A stretch of 64,000 bases of DNA from Octopus vulgaris (Eukaryota): positions 27,528,001-27,592,000 of the forward strand of contig OX597822.1 in the NCBI GenBank assembly GCA_951406725.2, given 5' to 3'. Positions 47,354 to 60,480 of the stretch are shown piece after piece (the stretch's first letter is position 1; the number at the start of each line of letters is the position of its first letter). The notes beneath the pieces are model-generated. The model ran no database searches and was not told the DNA's origin. It worked only from the letters and a program-made list of their open reading frames with translations. The translations under genes and the position numbers were made by a program.

Positions 47354-47445
<92 letters not shown>

Positions 47446-48222
47446 TTCAGATGAATATGGTACTTAAGTTAAAGGCACCAGAATTTTGTATGGTATTATT
47501 CATATAAATCAAATGGGGTGATTATAATGTTGGCAAATGAAGTAGGGATAGGAAAGTGCATTGTTCGTTTAATTGGAAAATTCTATAAGTGGCTAAAGAT
47601 TGCTCGACATTTTAAAACTGATGTAATACATAGTGTTTAATAATATGAAGTACCATGAAACAAATGTAGTACTCTACCTTGGATATCCTTGTTGCTTATT
47701 TTGATTATATATATATATATATATAGCGAGAGAAAGAGAAAGAGAGAGAGACGTGTGTATGCACGCACGCATTCCTACATATACACGACCACTCACACAC
47801 ACCTATACACGTTTGTGCCTATACAAAGTTTCATACATGTCTGTTCATTTGAAGTTAGTGATTGACCACTTTAGACGAAATACACAGGACGTGAAATGCA
47901 GTATTCATAGTTGTGGATTTTAAAGGAAAAATGACGTCAACAATATTTTCATGAACCCACACTCTGCAAATCATTTTTGTTTAAATTTCAACTTTTCATA
48001 AAAAAAAACATGAATGATTTATGGATTTTTCAGTACTAAATTGTTGTATAGCATGATTCCATACTAAATATATAATGATGATCGCAGTGAAATGTCTGGA
48101 ATGATGCCATTCGTGACTAATCGATTTGGTAGGCAAGACATATGACGTCCAAGCACATTTGATTAAATTCATCTTTTTTTTTAGTTCTTGTTCTAGATTT
48201 TGCTGTCGTTGTTGATGCTATT

Positions 48223-48300
48223 TTGCTGTTGTTGTTGTTGTTGTTGTTGCTCTTCTTCTTCTTCTTCTTCTTCTTCTTCTTCTTCTTCTTCTTCTTCTTC

Positions 48301-48361
<61 letters not shown>
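48223..48361. repeat. Compound (GTT)n-(CTT)n-(ATT)n microsatellite
   Basis: Directly visible. Confidence 0.95.
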
Positions 48362-48362
<1 letters not shown>

Positions 48363-48944
48363 GAGTGAGAGAGCAGTTCATGCCATCAAAGTGACACTGG
48401 GGGTAAAATATACGAAGCCCAATGACTACCCGTCTGATAAGGGCACACCAGGCACATGCATCACAACCATATGTGCACGACATGGTGATCTCATATCAAG
48501 ATAAACAGCACATGACCTTGCAGGTGGGGCCCAGTTAGAATTTTCTTCAGGTTGAGTAGCCCATCCCGCTCAAGCGGTCCCTGAATAAGGGTTGTTTAAG
48601 GATGTTGAACGAAACACCCATGTTTCCAGAGGTGAATTATTCAAACCCCAAAGAATCCCTCTCAACACATGGCTATGATGCTCCCCCACTACTTCTGCTC
48701 GTGATCAGAGATGCACATATCGTCAGACACTAAGGGACATGCTCAACTGGTTAAGGTCAAACAACTGACAAGCAAATCTATGGTATTGAGCAGAATATTT
48801 GCTGTAGCCCATCTTTTATACCAAGACAAAACAATGTACATGATAACACTTCCAATCAGTTAAGATCAGAAGCCATGAGAGCCATTGCCTGGTACTGCAT
48901 CAAGGCATTTATACTGCATCAGGGCATTGGTACTACATCAGGGC

Positions 48945-48947
<3 letters not shown>
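48362..48947. mobile_element. Unclassified ~585-bp non-coding insert within (ATT)n
   Basis: Sharp boundaries with (ATT)n on both sides, higher GC than flanks, three ~19-bp tandem repeats (tactgcatcagggcatt) at the right end. Confidence 0.5.
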
Positions 48948-48984
<37 letters not shown>

Positions 48985-48985
<1 letters not shown>

Positions 48986-49640
48986 GGTAGTTTTATTTTT
49001 ATAGCGTGCTTTCACTTCACTACCGAGCACAGCTCTGTGTGCCTTGGGTATGTGCTGTGATTTGTTGTGATGCTCTGATGGTTATTGTATTGAAAGTGTT
49101 CTGCGTTGGATGTGTGCAGTGCCTAGTAGTGCAATTTTCTGTATGTTATATGTGTTTGTAAGTCCTGGTGTTTTTGTTATGTATTTGTCTGAATATTTTT
49201 TTATCATGCCTAATGCACGTACTATGATAGGAATTGTTTCCCTTTTCAGATTCCACATTCTAGTTACCTCTATTTCCAGGTCTTTGTATTTTGAGAGTTT
49301 CTCCATTTCTTTTAGAGACACGTTGTCATCAGCCGGTATTGATACATCAATTAGAAAGCATTTTTTTCTTCATGATCTCTGACAACTATATCTGGTCTGT
49401 TGGCCTTAATTTCTCTATCTGTGTGTATCGGCATATCCCAGAGTATGGTTGCTTTCTCGTTTTCTGTGACCTTTTCTGGTGTGTGCCTATACCATCTTTT
49501 TTCTGTTGTTATTCCATAATGTTGGCATAGCTTCCAATGTATGTAGGTTCCAACTCTGTCATGTCTGTGAATATATTCCTTCTTAGCCAAGACTGGGCAG
49601 CTAGAGATAATATGATTTATTGTTTCTTGTCCATCTCCAT
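48985..49640 (-). mobile_element. R4/Dong-type non-LTR retrotransposon 3' fragment (CCHC remnant plus restriction-like endonuclease)
   Basis: ETINHIISSCPVLAKKEYIHRHD...ILWDMPIHTDREIKANRPDIVV...EKLSKYKDL...PIIVRALG; 3' end runs into (AAT)n. Confidence 0.85.
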
Positions 49641-49653
49641 TATTATTATTATT

Positions 49654-50395
<742 letters not shown>

Positions 50396-50700
50396 TTCAT
50401 ATAAACTTAATAGATTAGACTGTTGGAAAAGAAAAGAATCCTAACATCGAACTACAACAAGTAGCCTCAGATACCAAGAACCCTTCTAAGTATTCCAGCT
50501 GTCCCTAATAACACTGCTTCTGGAGCTGTACTAAACTGGGTTTTATGCCTATTTCCTCTATCCGTCTGTTCACATCTTTAGGGATAGTTCTCAATGCACC
50601 TATGTCTACTTGGATACATTTTACCCGCACTTTCCATAGACTTTGTAATTCAATGGCTAGGTCCTCATATTTTACTATTTTCTCTATATCTCTCATAATA
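50396..50700 (-). mobile_element. Second, divergent R4/Dong-type family, 3' fragment
   Basis: EKIVKYEDLAIELQSLWKVRVKCIQVDIGALRTIPK; 3' end abuts (AAT)n. Confidence 0.7.
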
Positions 50701-51046
50701 ACGTAAAGTCAATTATCTGGCACTTTCTATTACCTTTATCTACTACTACTAAATTTGGTCTTGGAATAAAAAGGATATTTATATTTCCAAAGAGCTATTC
50801 GCAGAAGTTGTTGTTATTAAAGGTTTTAAAGTTTATGGTTTACGTGTTCGACAATTGTAGGTATGTAAGCTTCTTAACTATTTTGAGGGAAATTCAAAAT
50901 ATTCACGTGCAATTGTAAATATTCTAGTCCTTGATAGTTATTTTTCAGTTGCCCTGCTGGGTAGCGTTTCTGTGTCTTCAGCTGCTTACAGGTCGGAGCA
51001 GCGAAGAACACGTCCAGCCGCAATAATAATAATAATAATAATAATA

Positions 51047-51076
<30 letters not shown>

Positions 51077-51080
<4 letters not shown>

Positions 51081-51563
51081 TGTCACTGCCAGGAATCGAA
51101 CTGGGAATATTGGGGTTAGTAGCTCGCGTTCTTAACCACTACGTCATATGCCCGTGGGTAATTACGGAGTGAATTTTAGGGCTTATAAATCTAATATTCT
51201 CCTATCCTTCCTTAATACCGGTTTCCATATGCTGCTCAAATCTACACTAGGTCTGCTTAGGTCATTATGTCCTAGCATGTGTACTGCCTCTTAGTGTTCG
51301 TATTTTCCAGTGGTGTTGTATGCCTATTATTTTAACTTCATCCACTGGGGGAGGTTATCTCCGTTTTTCCATACATGATAAGCAGTACCCGATTTATCAA
51401 TATCTCCTCGTTCACAGCTTTGCGATGCACCTCTACCCTTATTTTTTTTTACGGGGCGGCATGTTTCGCCTTTGTATAACCTACCACAGCTTGATGGGAA
51501 GGAGTACACGCAGACTTTGGTCATATTCTCTTCTATTAGTGGTTTTACTCGAATGAGATATTT
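51077..51563 (-). mobile_element. Inverted 3' copy of the Penelope-like element (GIY-YIG region and 3' end)
   Basis: VCVYSFPSSCGRLYKGETCRP...DKSGTAYHVWKNGD; reverse complement of ~52122-52590. Confidence 0.88.
51082..51153 (-). other. tRNA-like module at the PLE 3' end (second copy at 52529-52590, +)
   Basis: A box tgacgtagtggttaag, anticodon-like loop ctactaa, B box gttcgattcc; spacing resembles tRNA-Ile. Confidence 0.65.
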
Positions 51564-52590
51564 TGAGAATTTGGATTTAGGATCAACACCACTAAAACCA
51601 TCTCTATGGCTGGGATATGTCGGTGACAACTTTATACTATGACCCCACCAAGAAGATTTCCAAGTACTGTTAGATCATGTGAACTCAATAAACCCATCCA
51701 TACAGTTCACAATGGAAAAAGAAAAAGACAATCAGCTAGCATTCCAGGACGTATTAATAACTCGCACCAAGTATGGATCCATGACATCCGTATACCGCTA
51801 GTCAACCTTCACTGGATGATACCTAAACTTCAATTCCCACCATCCATACAGTGTAAAGAGAGGGACTGCTCAGTGCCTAAATAATCGGGCAAAGAATATA
51901 AGTAGCGATCTTGATACAAACCACTAAGTTATGATCCATTAAGCAACAACTGCCCCCAAAACATACTATCCACTCCAATTATGAGGAAAAGAGACGATGA
52001 AACCAATAGACTGTCTATAGTCAGTCTGTCTACCCTATTTGAAAGGCCTCTCCGAAAAGATACAAACGATTTGCGGCTCATATGACATTAGGACAGTATT
52101 CAAGAGTTATACAACACTTCGCAAATATCTGCTTTGAGTAAAAACACTAATAGATGAGAATATGACCAACAACTGCGTGTACTCCATCCCATCCAGCTGT
52201 GGTAGGTTATACAAAGGCGAAACATGCCTCCCCCAAATAAGATAGAGGAACATAGCAAAGGTGTAACATGAGAAGATATTGATAAATCGAGTATAACTGA
52301 TCGTGTATGGAAAAACGGAGACCACCTATCCCAGTGAGATGAAGTTAAAATAATAGACAGAGAACACCACTGGAAAATACGAAAAGTAAATGAGGCAGCT
52401 TATATGCTAAGACATAATAACCTCCAAAGCAGCCCTAGTGCAGATATGAGTAGCATAAGGGAACTGGTATCCAGGAAAGATAGGAAAATATTAGACTTAT
52501 AAGCCCTAAAATTCACTCTAAAATTACCACGTAGTGGTTAAGAGCGCAGGCTACTAACCCCAAGATTCCGCGTTCAATTCCAGGAAGTGA
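51553..52590 (+). mobile_element. 5'-truncated Penelope/Poseidon-like retroelement (RT plus GIY-YIG endonuclease, pseudogenised)
   Basis: KPSLWLGYVGDNF (YVDD), IQFTMEKEKDNQLAFQDV, SVYR*STFTG*YLNFNSHHP, CVYSIPSSCGRLYKGET, VKIIDREHHWKIRKVNEA. Confidence 0.92.
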
Positions 52591-53109
52591 ATTATTATTA
52601 TTATTATTTATAATCATGGTGGTGAGCTGGTAGTATCGTTAGCTCGCAGAACAAAATGTCTTGCGATATTTCGTCTGTCTTTGTGTTCTGATTTAATATC
52701 CTACATAAGCCGAATAGGGAACAGCTGATCACACTTCTATTAAAGAGGCACAACGGGGCAGCATCTATTCAACAGCTCGCTCTATTGTATATCAGTATAG
52801 AGACGAACTGACTACAAAGACGTAAATATACATATGACTGAAGATTAAACATCAACAACAACAAATGTAACAGCATCAGCAACCAGCAATAAAATTTAAA
52901 AAAATCACTATTTTTAGTGTTGTAAAGCTCATGATAACCATTCACAAAATTGGTAATTTAAGAAAGCCAAGTAAAAGGATATAAGTAAAACAGCGATAGA
53001 TAAAGACGGAGATACAAACATATATAAGTAACACATCTTTAACATTTTGGTAGAATAAGCTTCACTGCAACAAGCGATACTTAAAGTTATATATATATAT
53101 ATGTTTGTT

Positions 53110-53152
<43 letters not shown>

Positions 53153-53594
53153 ACGTCAAGACAGGATTACGCCAGACATGTACTGTTTCCTTTGGCATCA
53201 GTTGTTTGTATTTTCCATAAAACTATTTCACGCTGGTGATATGGTTTTGGTTCCTTTGTCTCTCCACTTGTTTCTACTTTTCCCCTCTCTGTTCTATTTG
53301 ATAATCTACACATGTCTGTGACATAATCGCGTTCTCCCAAGCTGCTCGTAATTTTTGTTTTAGGTTAGTGTGGGAAGGTATTCATTTCTGTATATCGTGA
53401 TTGTTTTAGATGTTTATTTAGTTTTATTTTGCCCATATCTTTCTTCATAAGATTATAAACTTACTCCATTATGTTATAAGATATGATTGTATAGTCGCTC
53501 TCATATACATTTAAAGTATTTTGATAGAACTTAATGATTTGAACACACGGTGTGTGCCAACAAATCATATCCTACGTACATGCGTGTGCATGTG

Positions 53595-53629
<35 letters not shown>

Positions 53630-53712
53630 GGTCCCGGGTTGATTCGGGGTTAACCACAGTAAATAAGGTACTCAATACATAGCAGAGTAAAATTAATTTA
53701 TTATATAGAAGG

Positions 53713-53763
53713 AGCTTCTACAGGACTAGAACTGTTTCATTCAAGAGAAATCTTCAGGAAGCT
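53713..53763 (-). ncRNA. Canonical type-I hammerhead ribozyme
   Basis: agcttc-CTGAAGA-t-ttc(tctt)gaa-t-GAA-ACAG(ttctagtc)CTGT-A-gaagct: intact core, 6-bp stem I, 4-bp stem III, GUA triplet. Confidence 0.8.
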
Positions 53764-53807
53764 TCCTGAAGATTTCTCTTGAATGAAACAGTTCTAGTCC
53801 TGTAGAA

Positions 53808-53808
<1 letters not shown>
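53762..53808 (+). ncRNA. Mirror copy of the same hammerhead on the + strand (stem I cut to 4 bp)
   Basis: cttc-CTGAAGA-tttctcttgaat-GAA-ACAG(ttctagtc)CTGT-A-gaag, then (TA)n. Confidence 0.75.
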
Positions 53809-53861
<53 letters not shown>

Positions 53862-53912
53862 TAGCAATAATAAATCTCAGAACGAGATGTAAACAGTAAC
53901 TGCTCGACAACG

Positions 53913-54020
53913 TAAAGTATACTAGCCATCTCAATATGGCTAACTACTAAGGGTTAGCTACAAGCTACAGTAACACCCACCCTTAGTGGTTAGCCATATT
54001 GAGATGGCTAGTATACTTTA
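53913..54020. repeat. 42-bp inverted repeat with nested internal hairpins
   Basis: Arms 53913-53954 and 53979-54020, one mismatch; each arm contains tagccat...atggcta. Confidence 0.9.
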
Positions 54021-54033
54021 TGATACATATATA

Positions 54034-54381
54034 CTCTTTTACTCTGCGGCCATGCTGGAGCACCGCCTTTAGTCGAGCAAATCGCCCCCAGGACTTATTC
54101 TTTGTAAGCTTAGTAATTATTCAATCTGTCTCTTTGGCTGAACAACTAAGTTACGGGGACGTAAACACACCAGCATCGGTTGGGACCCAAACAGATACAC
54201 AAACAACATATATATATATACATATATACGACGGGCTTCTTTCAGTTTCCCGTCTACTAAATCCACTCAGAAGGTTTTGGTCGGCCCAAGGCTATATTAG
54301 AAGACACCTGCCCAAGACACCTGAACCTGGAAGCATGTGGTTCGCAAGCAAGCTACTGACCACACAGCCACTCCTGCGCCT
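54034..54381 (-). mobile_element. SINE family A with small deletions
   Basis: Homology to other copies. Confidence 0.88.
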
Positions 54382-54451
54382 ACATGTGTGTGTGTACATA
54401 TATATAGATGCATCATGATCACACACACACACACACACGCACACACATACA

Positions 54452-54533
<82 letters not shown>

Positions 54534-54736
54534 TATATTTATACATATATATACTCATATGAACATCTTATGTGGTTGTAGAGTCAAGTTTTGTCTGCTA
54601 TTTCCAGCGTGCTGGTATCTCTTATATACCCTAAATTATAATTTTAAATAATTATTACCTTTAAAGGTTACTATTCCCATGCTGGCCACCTAATAATATC
54701 GGTATTTAAATATCGATCTTATTCTTATTTATATAG

Positions 54737-54810
<74 letters not shown>

Positions 54811-54839
54811 ACATATATATAAAAATATGAGAACCTTTG

Positions 54840-55468
54840 TCCTTGTGGAGAACCTTTGTTCTTAGCCGCCTGGACCACTGCTCCCAGTTATGGGCACCAC
54901 ATAGTGCCAAACTAACAGAGGATCTCGAAGGAGTCCAACGCCACTACACTAAAAAATTGAAACAGCGCAGCGGATGAGATACAAGGCTAGGCAGGGAAAA
55001 CTACAGCTTTACTCCCTCGAGCGAAGGCTTGAGAGATATGCAATAATATACATATGGAAAATCTTAGAAGGGGTAGTACCTAACTTCGGCATTGAATGTT
55101 ATACAAATGTCTGAACTGGGAACCATTGTATTATACCAAAGGTACCGTCCACTCCATCTATGTTCAGGACCAGGTACTGCAATGGTCTAGGGTTCAAAGG
55201 CCCATAGCTCTTTGGATAAGGTAGAAGTATATGTCTTCAAAAAGGAACTAGACATTCTCCTCTCCACAAAACCAGATCAACCAACAGCCCGACATGAGGT
55301 ACAGATGAGGGCAGCGTAATCAAACTCCCTTATACACGAAATGCACCAACATCTGAGACAAAGGCACATACAGGCGTGGTGATGCGAAAAACCCAGACTG
55401 AGGAAGACAGAAAGACCATGGTGGTGCTCCAGCATGACCACGACCGCATGGATGAAACGAGTAAAAAG
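54840..55468 (+). mobile_element. 5'-truncated CR1/L2-group LINE 3' end
   Basis: LWRTFVLSRLDHCSQLWAP...LEGVQRHYTKK...LQLYSLERRLERYAIIYIWKILEGVVPN; tail ggtggtgctccagcatgacc...tgaaacgagtaaaa. Confidence 0.82.
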
Positions 55469-55719
55469 TATATATATATGTGCGTGTGCGTGTGTGTGTG
55501 TGCGTGCGTGTGTGTATGTGTGTGTGTGTGTATATATACATATATAAGCATATATTTGAACACTCACACGTGTATAAAACCATATATCATATATTTTGTA
55601 CTGTCAATATATAAGAATAAAGAACACTCAACACTGGTTTAAATAAAGTCTACCGGCCTTAGTTAATTGTAGTATAGTAAATTTAATTTCCAAGATACAG
55701 TACGGACCGTTTGTATATA

Positions 55720-55802
<83 letters not shown>

Positions 55803-56822
55803 AAACGAATGCGTCATTCACTCATTGTGACCAAATACAATCGACAACCATTTCGTGAGGAAAGAGTGTGCTTAGAATATCAAAGTGAAGCTGCTTCACT
55901 GAAGGCAAACATACTATTTGTTTTCGCGCCCAACATTTGTATTCACACTTCAGGAAAGCAAAAATGGCATATACATATTTTGATTCAGTGTTATTGTAAT
56001 TTATTCAGTGATATCGCAATTTGATAAAATATCGAAAGTGGTATTATATTTATAGGGATATTTATACAAGTTGAATATTTTCGGAAATTTTTCCTTTCCT
56101 GAAGTGTGTATACATGTATAAATATAGAAAACATGTCAGCGTAAGTGTTAAAAAATTCATATCTACTTTCCGTTACCTGCTCGTGCCTTTTCACCTACAA
56201 TACATTCACAGTTACTCATTAGATTCCCACACTCAAGAAGGCATTTGTACCCCATACCACTGCACACAGATTTTCCCCTTATGCCATCTATATGCTTGGA
56301 AACCCTCTATGCCTATACACATCACCTCACTTCCTTAGCTCTTCCTTAAATCTACCCCACAGAACTGCATTGCCACTTGGTCCTGGACGTTTGCCGCCCA
56401 TTCTTTCTTTTCTTCCCGTTTTTCCAATGACGGATTTGTACCCGAAACATCAAATATTATTAACCTTCCTTTTTAGCGTTATACTAATGAAACCTTTGTT
56501 AAATCTTGTGCATCTCATTTTGCATTCTTTTACTTATTTCCTTGTATATACACTTATGTTTATATGTATCTGTAATTATAACTTTATTGACACCTTTACG
56601 CCGGGTGTGGATTATTGACACAACATCCTATCTTCCACAGAAGACGAGAGTGGCTTATTGACATACAGCTAAATTCTGATGCAGGGTGTAGTATATAAGC
56701 CACATTTGTGTTGTAAGCTATTTGATTGATTATCATCTTGTATTTTTCCCTTTTTGTTTTTCATTCCGCATAAAATGACTTACTATTTATACCCGATATT
56801 GAAGGGTTAATATATACACGCA

Positions 56823-56873
<51 letters not shown>

Positions 56874-58088
56874 AGATAATAAGCAATCATCCGAGCAATA
56901 CTATATTTACAACTTATATCTAGTTAAACATTCACTTTCAATTCTATACACGCATATTCTCGTATACGTTATTCTCTTTTTATGCAACACTTTAATATTG
57001 TTAGTTCTAGATTCTGATTTGATTTTGAAATGCTTTTCTATTTATTCTGACAATGATTACAGCTACTTTCGCTAGATACCTTTAGGTCATTTCTTAGGAC
57101 GATAAATATAGAATTCTTATGGTTTATCGTCTTATCTATTGAACTTTAGGACTTTATTTCGATCGTTGAGTTAAACACCCCCGAGGTGTCAACAAAGGAA
57201 ACTTGGCTTCAATACTGATTAGGCATTTGTGTGTTATTCATTCCTTCATTCACTTTGTTTATCAATGCAAAATTCTATTTTGTCTTAATATATTTACTGA
57301 TATATTTACTATTCAATCCTTGTTTACATCGTCGATAAAAAAAATAAGAGTTTATTAATATCTACGAAACTTAATTATCGATTCTTTGGAAAGTAACGTA
57401 TCTAGATTTGTGTGTTTGGGTAGACGCTGACGTGAACAAATTCATCGAAAGTCTGCAATAATCTGGAATAGACTGAACGATCGAATTTAGGTCAAAACTG
57501 CGATGTAAAGAGATAGAGATATTAGCATATATAGAATCCAACGAGGAAACCACTATCAGACTGTCTGTGCTAATAGACAGAGCAGTCATATCTCAATTAA
57601 ATCATGTCCTGCTTGCGATCATAGAAACAGCATGGATGGACCAGAAAGACGTAATTTAAAACGTACAGAAAGCTGATATGGTCAAGTTTGAAATGCAGTT
57701 ATTTATTCGTCTGATAGAACAGGGCTATTCTGGGGTTACACAAGGATACAAAATAGAAAAATTAAACGTTTCAGAAAAGCGCAGTAGGCATAAATATAGA
57801 TGTAGTGAATGAGATTTGCAGAAAATTAACGAAACTCCCAATAAATATAGCGATAACGATTCTCTCAAGTAGTTTGTAGTAAGTTTCCCGGTGCCTCATC
57901 TATGTCTTATTAAAATAATATTACAATACACACACATACAAAAACCAACAATAAAATGCAATTGTGATAACTGACAGAACCAACGACTATTGAAAAGGTT
58001 GCAAGTCGCAACGAAAAATTTTGTAGAATATAATAATATAATAAGTAAATGAGTGGAAATCAGTATGTGTATACATACATACATACAA

Positions 58089-58127
<39 letters not shown>

Positions 58128-58135
<8 letters not shown>

Positions 58136-58815
58136 AAACTCAACTTGTGAGTCTGTGTGTGTATCTGTGTGTGTGTCTGTGGGTTTAACTTCCCGGCACA
58201 TCTCCTCCTAGCCAACAAATCGTAGAACTACAAAAAATGAGTCACTTAAAGTTTAGGCAAATGAAAATTGAACTGCGCTATTTCTGTTCCGGAATTCATC
58301 TCGTAAGTGCAAAAATCGATAATGTGTTTGTTTAGGCCTTATCCCATGCATTGAATAGTGAACTTTACTCAGTCAGCTGTTTGACGTGAACCGTGTTCAC
58401 CACGCGTGCAAGCATGCGTAAATTGCATAAAAAATTTAAAAAATCAAGATATAAAAACGAATCGACGTAAACATTGTAGAAATTCGGCAAAGAAATGAAT
58501 TTTCGGGATGTAGCCTGGAGGATTTTTTCGTATTAATCGTTTGGACTTTGTGAACACATATCAATTGTTTTCATAACATTTTTAACGCTTTGAATTAGAT
58601 GTGACCATTTTGCGTTGAGTCTGCAGTTTGAATAACTTTAACCAAATTTTAGCAGGCCGGATTTTTGATCATCACGATACATCGCCAGCGACTCCCTGAA
58701 ACTCTTCCCTGAAATTGCCGTTGAGAAATTTATTATATATATAATAATACTTTGAATGTGACTCCTGAGAAAGAGTAAAAGTAATTATCCGATGAACGAC
58801 GGTTATTACTGCTAG
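58128..58815 (+). mobile_element. Non-autonomous Helitron-like element
   Basis: 5' (GT/GTCT) tract, subterminal imperfect hairpin ccg...cgg, terminal CTAG followed by T; 5' TC not resolved inside (TA)n. Confidence 0.6.
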
Positions 58816-59206
58816 TATATATATATATATACATATTATTTCCATTTCTGCCGAGCGTAAAACTACTACACGTGCTTGATATTCTTACACTTGTCCTCAT
58901 TTTTTGTTTTCTGCAAATTTGAACTATATATATACATATTCATATCTTTCACTTAAAAAAAAAAAAGAACGAAAGACATTATTTCGAAAACAAATCTGAT
59001 TTCTAGTTATAGGCAATCATACACTGCAGAACTTGTAGATGTATGAGGTTAGTAATAGTTTTAATTTTAAACTCTTTGACCGAGTGTACTAAGGGTACAT
59101 CTGAAGAAGAACAGATTCATAGGGAGTTTGTGTCCATTAAAAAAATATCAGCTGTATTTACATATGCATAAGAAATTAACGTATTAGCTAGCATTTGTTG
59201 AGTTTA

Positions 59207-59284
<78 letters not shown>

Positions 59285-59288
59285 CATT

Positions 59289-59963
59289 CAGTAGTTTTAT
59301 TTTTATAATGTGTTCTCACTTCACTACCGAGCGCAGCTCTGTGTGCCTTGGGTATGTGCTGTGATTTGTTGTGATGCTCTGATGGTTACTGTATTGAAAG
59401 AGTTCTGCGTAGGATGTGTGCAGTGCCTAGTAGTGCAATTTTCTGTATGTTATATGTGTTTGTAAGTCCTGGTGTATTTGTTATGTATTTGTCTGAATAT
59501 TTTTTTATCATGCCTAATGCACCTACTATGAGAGGAATTGTTTCTGTTTTTAGATTCCACATTCTAGTTACCTCTATTTCCAGGTCTTTGTATTTTGAAA
59601 GTTTCTCCATTTCTTTTAGTCACGTTGTCATCTGCTGGTATTGATACATCAATTAGAAAGCATTGTTTTACTTCATGATCTCTGACTACTAAATTTGGTC
59701 CGTTGGCCTTAATTTCTCTATCCGTGTGCATTGGCATATCCCAGAGTATGGTTGCTTTCTCGTTTTCTGTGACCTTTTCTGGTGTGTGTCTATACCATCT
59801 TTTTCTGTTGATATTCCGTAATGTTGGCATAGCTTCCAGTGTATGTAGGTCCCAACTATGTCGTGTCTGTAAATATATTCCTTGTTAGCCAGGACTGGGC
59901 AGCCAGAGATAATATGATTTATTGTTTCTTGTCCATCTCCACATATTCTGCAGTTACTTGTAA
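59289..59963 (-). mobile_element. R4/Dong-type 3' fragment, third copy
   Basis: CRICGDGQETINHIISGCPVL (CCHC), RHD, ILWDMPMHTD, EKLSKYKDL; 3' end in the (AAT)n at 59208-59288. Confidence 0.87.
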
Positions 59964-60109
59964 TGATGATTTTTATAGGTGGTCTATCTTTACATAGGTA
60001 CCAATTTTTTGAGCCTTGTTAGTACTTGGGTGCTGATACTTATAAGTACGCTAATTACTACTTGTATCACACCTACCCTCTTTATTGCCTGCAGCCTGCG
60101 TATTTTCAT

Positions 60110-60480
60110 TTCAAATTGACAAAGATGTTCAGTTTTTCTTCTCTCTCTTTGATTTTGTCAGACATCAGGTTTCCGATGTCTGATTCGATGGTCTCACTGA
60201 ATCATTGCATCCCACATAATTTTGTAGTCTTCATTCTCGCTCACTCCATCGGGGATTTGGTCATATCACATCTTTGCTCTTAGTAGGCCATGGTTTCCAC
60301 AACGCTCCCAATGGATCATTCTAGCCACATTGTCATGTCGTCTTTACAATTGCATTGTTCCAGTTTCAGGCATTCGCTAACAATGTGTCATACTGTTTCA
60401 CCCCTCTCACCACACTTTCTGATTGTCGCTCTCATTATTATTATTTCTGTCTGTTTCGTGTATAATGTTGCAGTGCAGAA
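60110..60480 (-). mobile_element. Divergent R4/Dong-type internal fragment
   Basis: RKCGERGETV*HIVSECLKL...RHDNVARMIHWERC...ENEDYKIMWDAMIQ*DHRIRHRKPDV. Confidence 0.75.

Larger units (their letters stand above)
53626..53808 (-). mobile_element. Foldback hammerhead PLE-like element inside (TA)n; perfect 94-bp palindrome at 53715-53808
   Basis: 47-bp arms are exact reverse complements centred on AAG|CTT; (TA)n on both sides. Confidence 0.8.

Noticed and set aside
56100-56820. Possible PLE 3' region
   Set aside because: It ends at (TA)n and has a hairpin, but I could not read a GIY-YIG motif or a complete ribozyme
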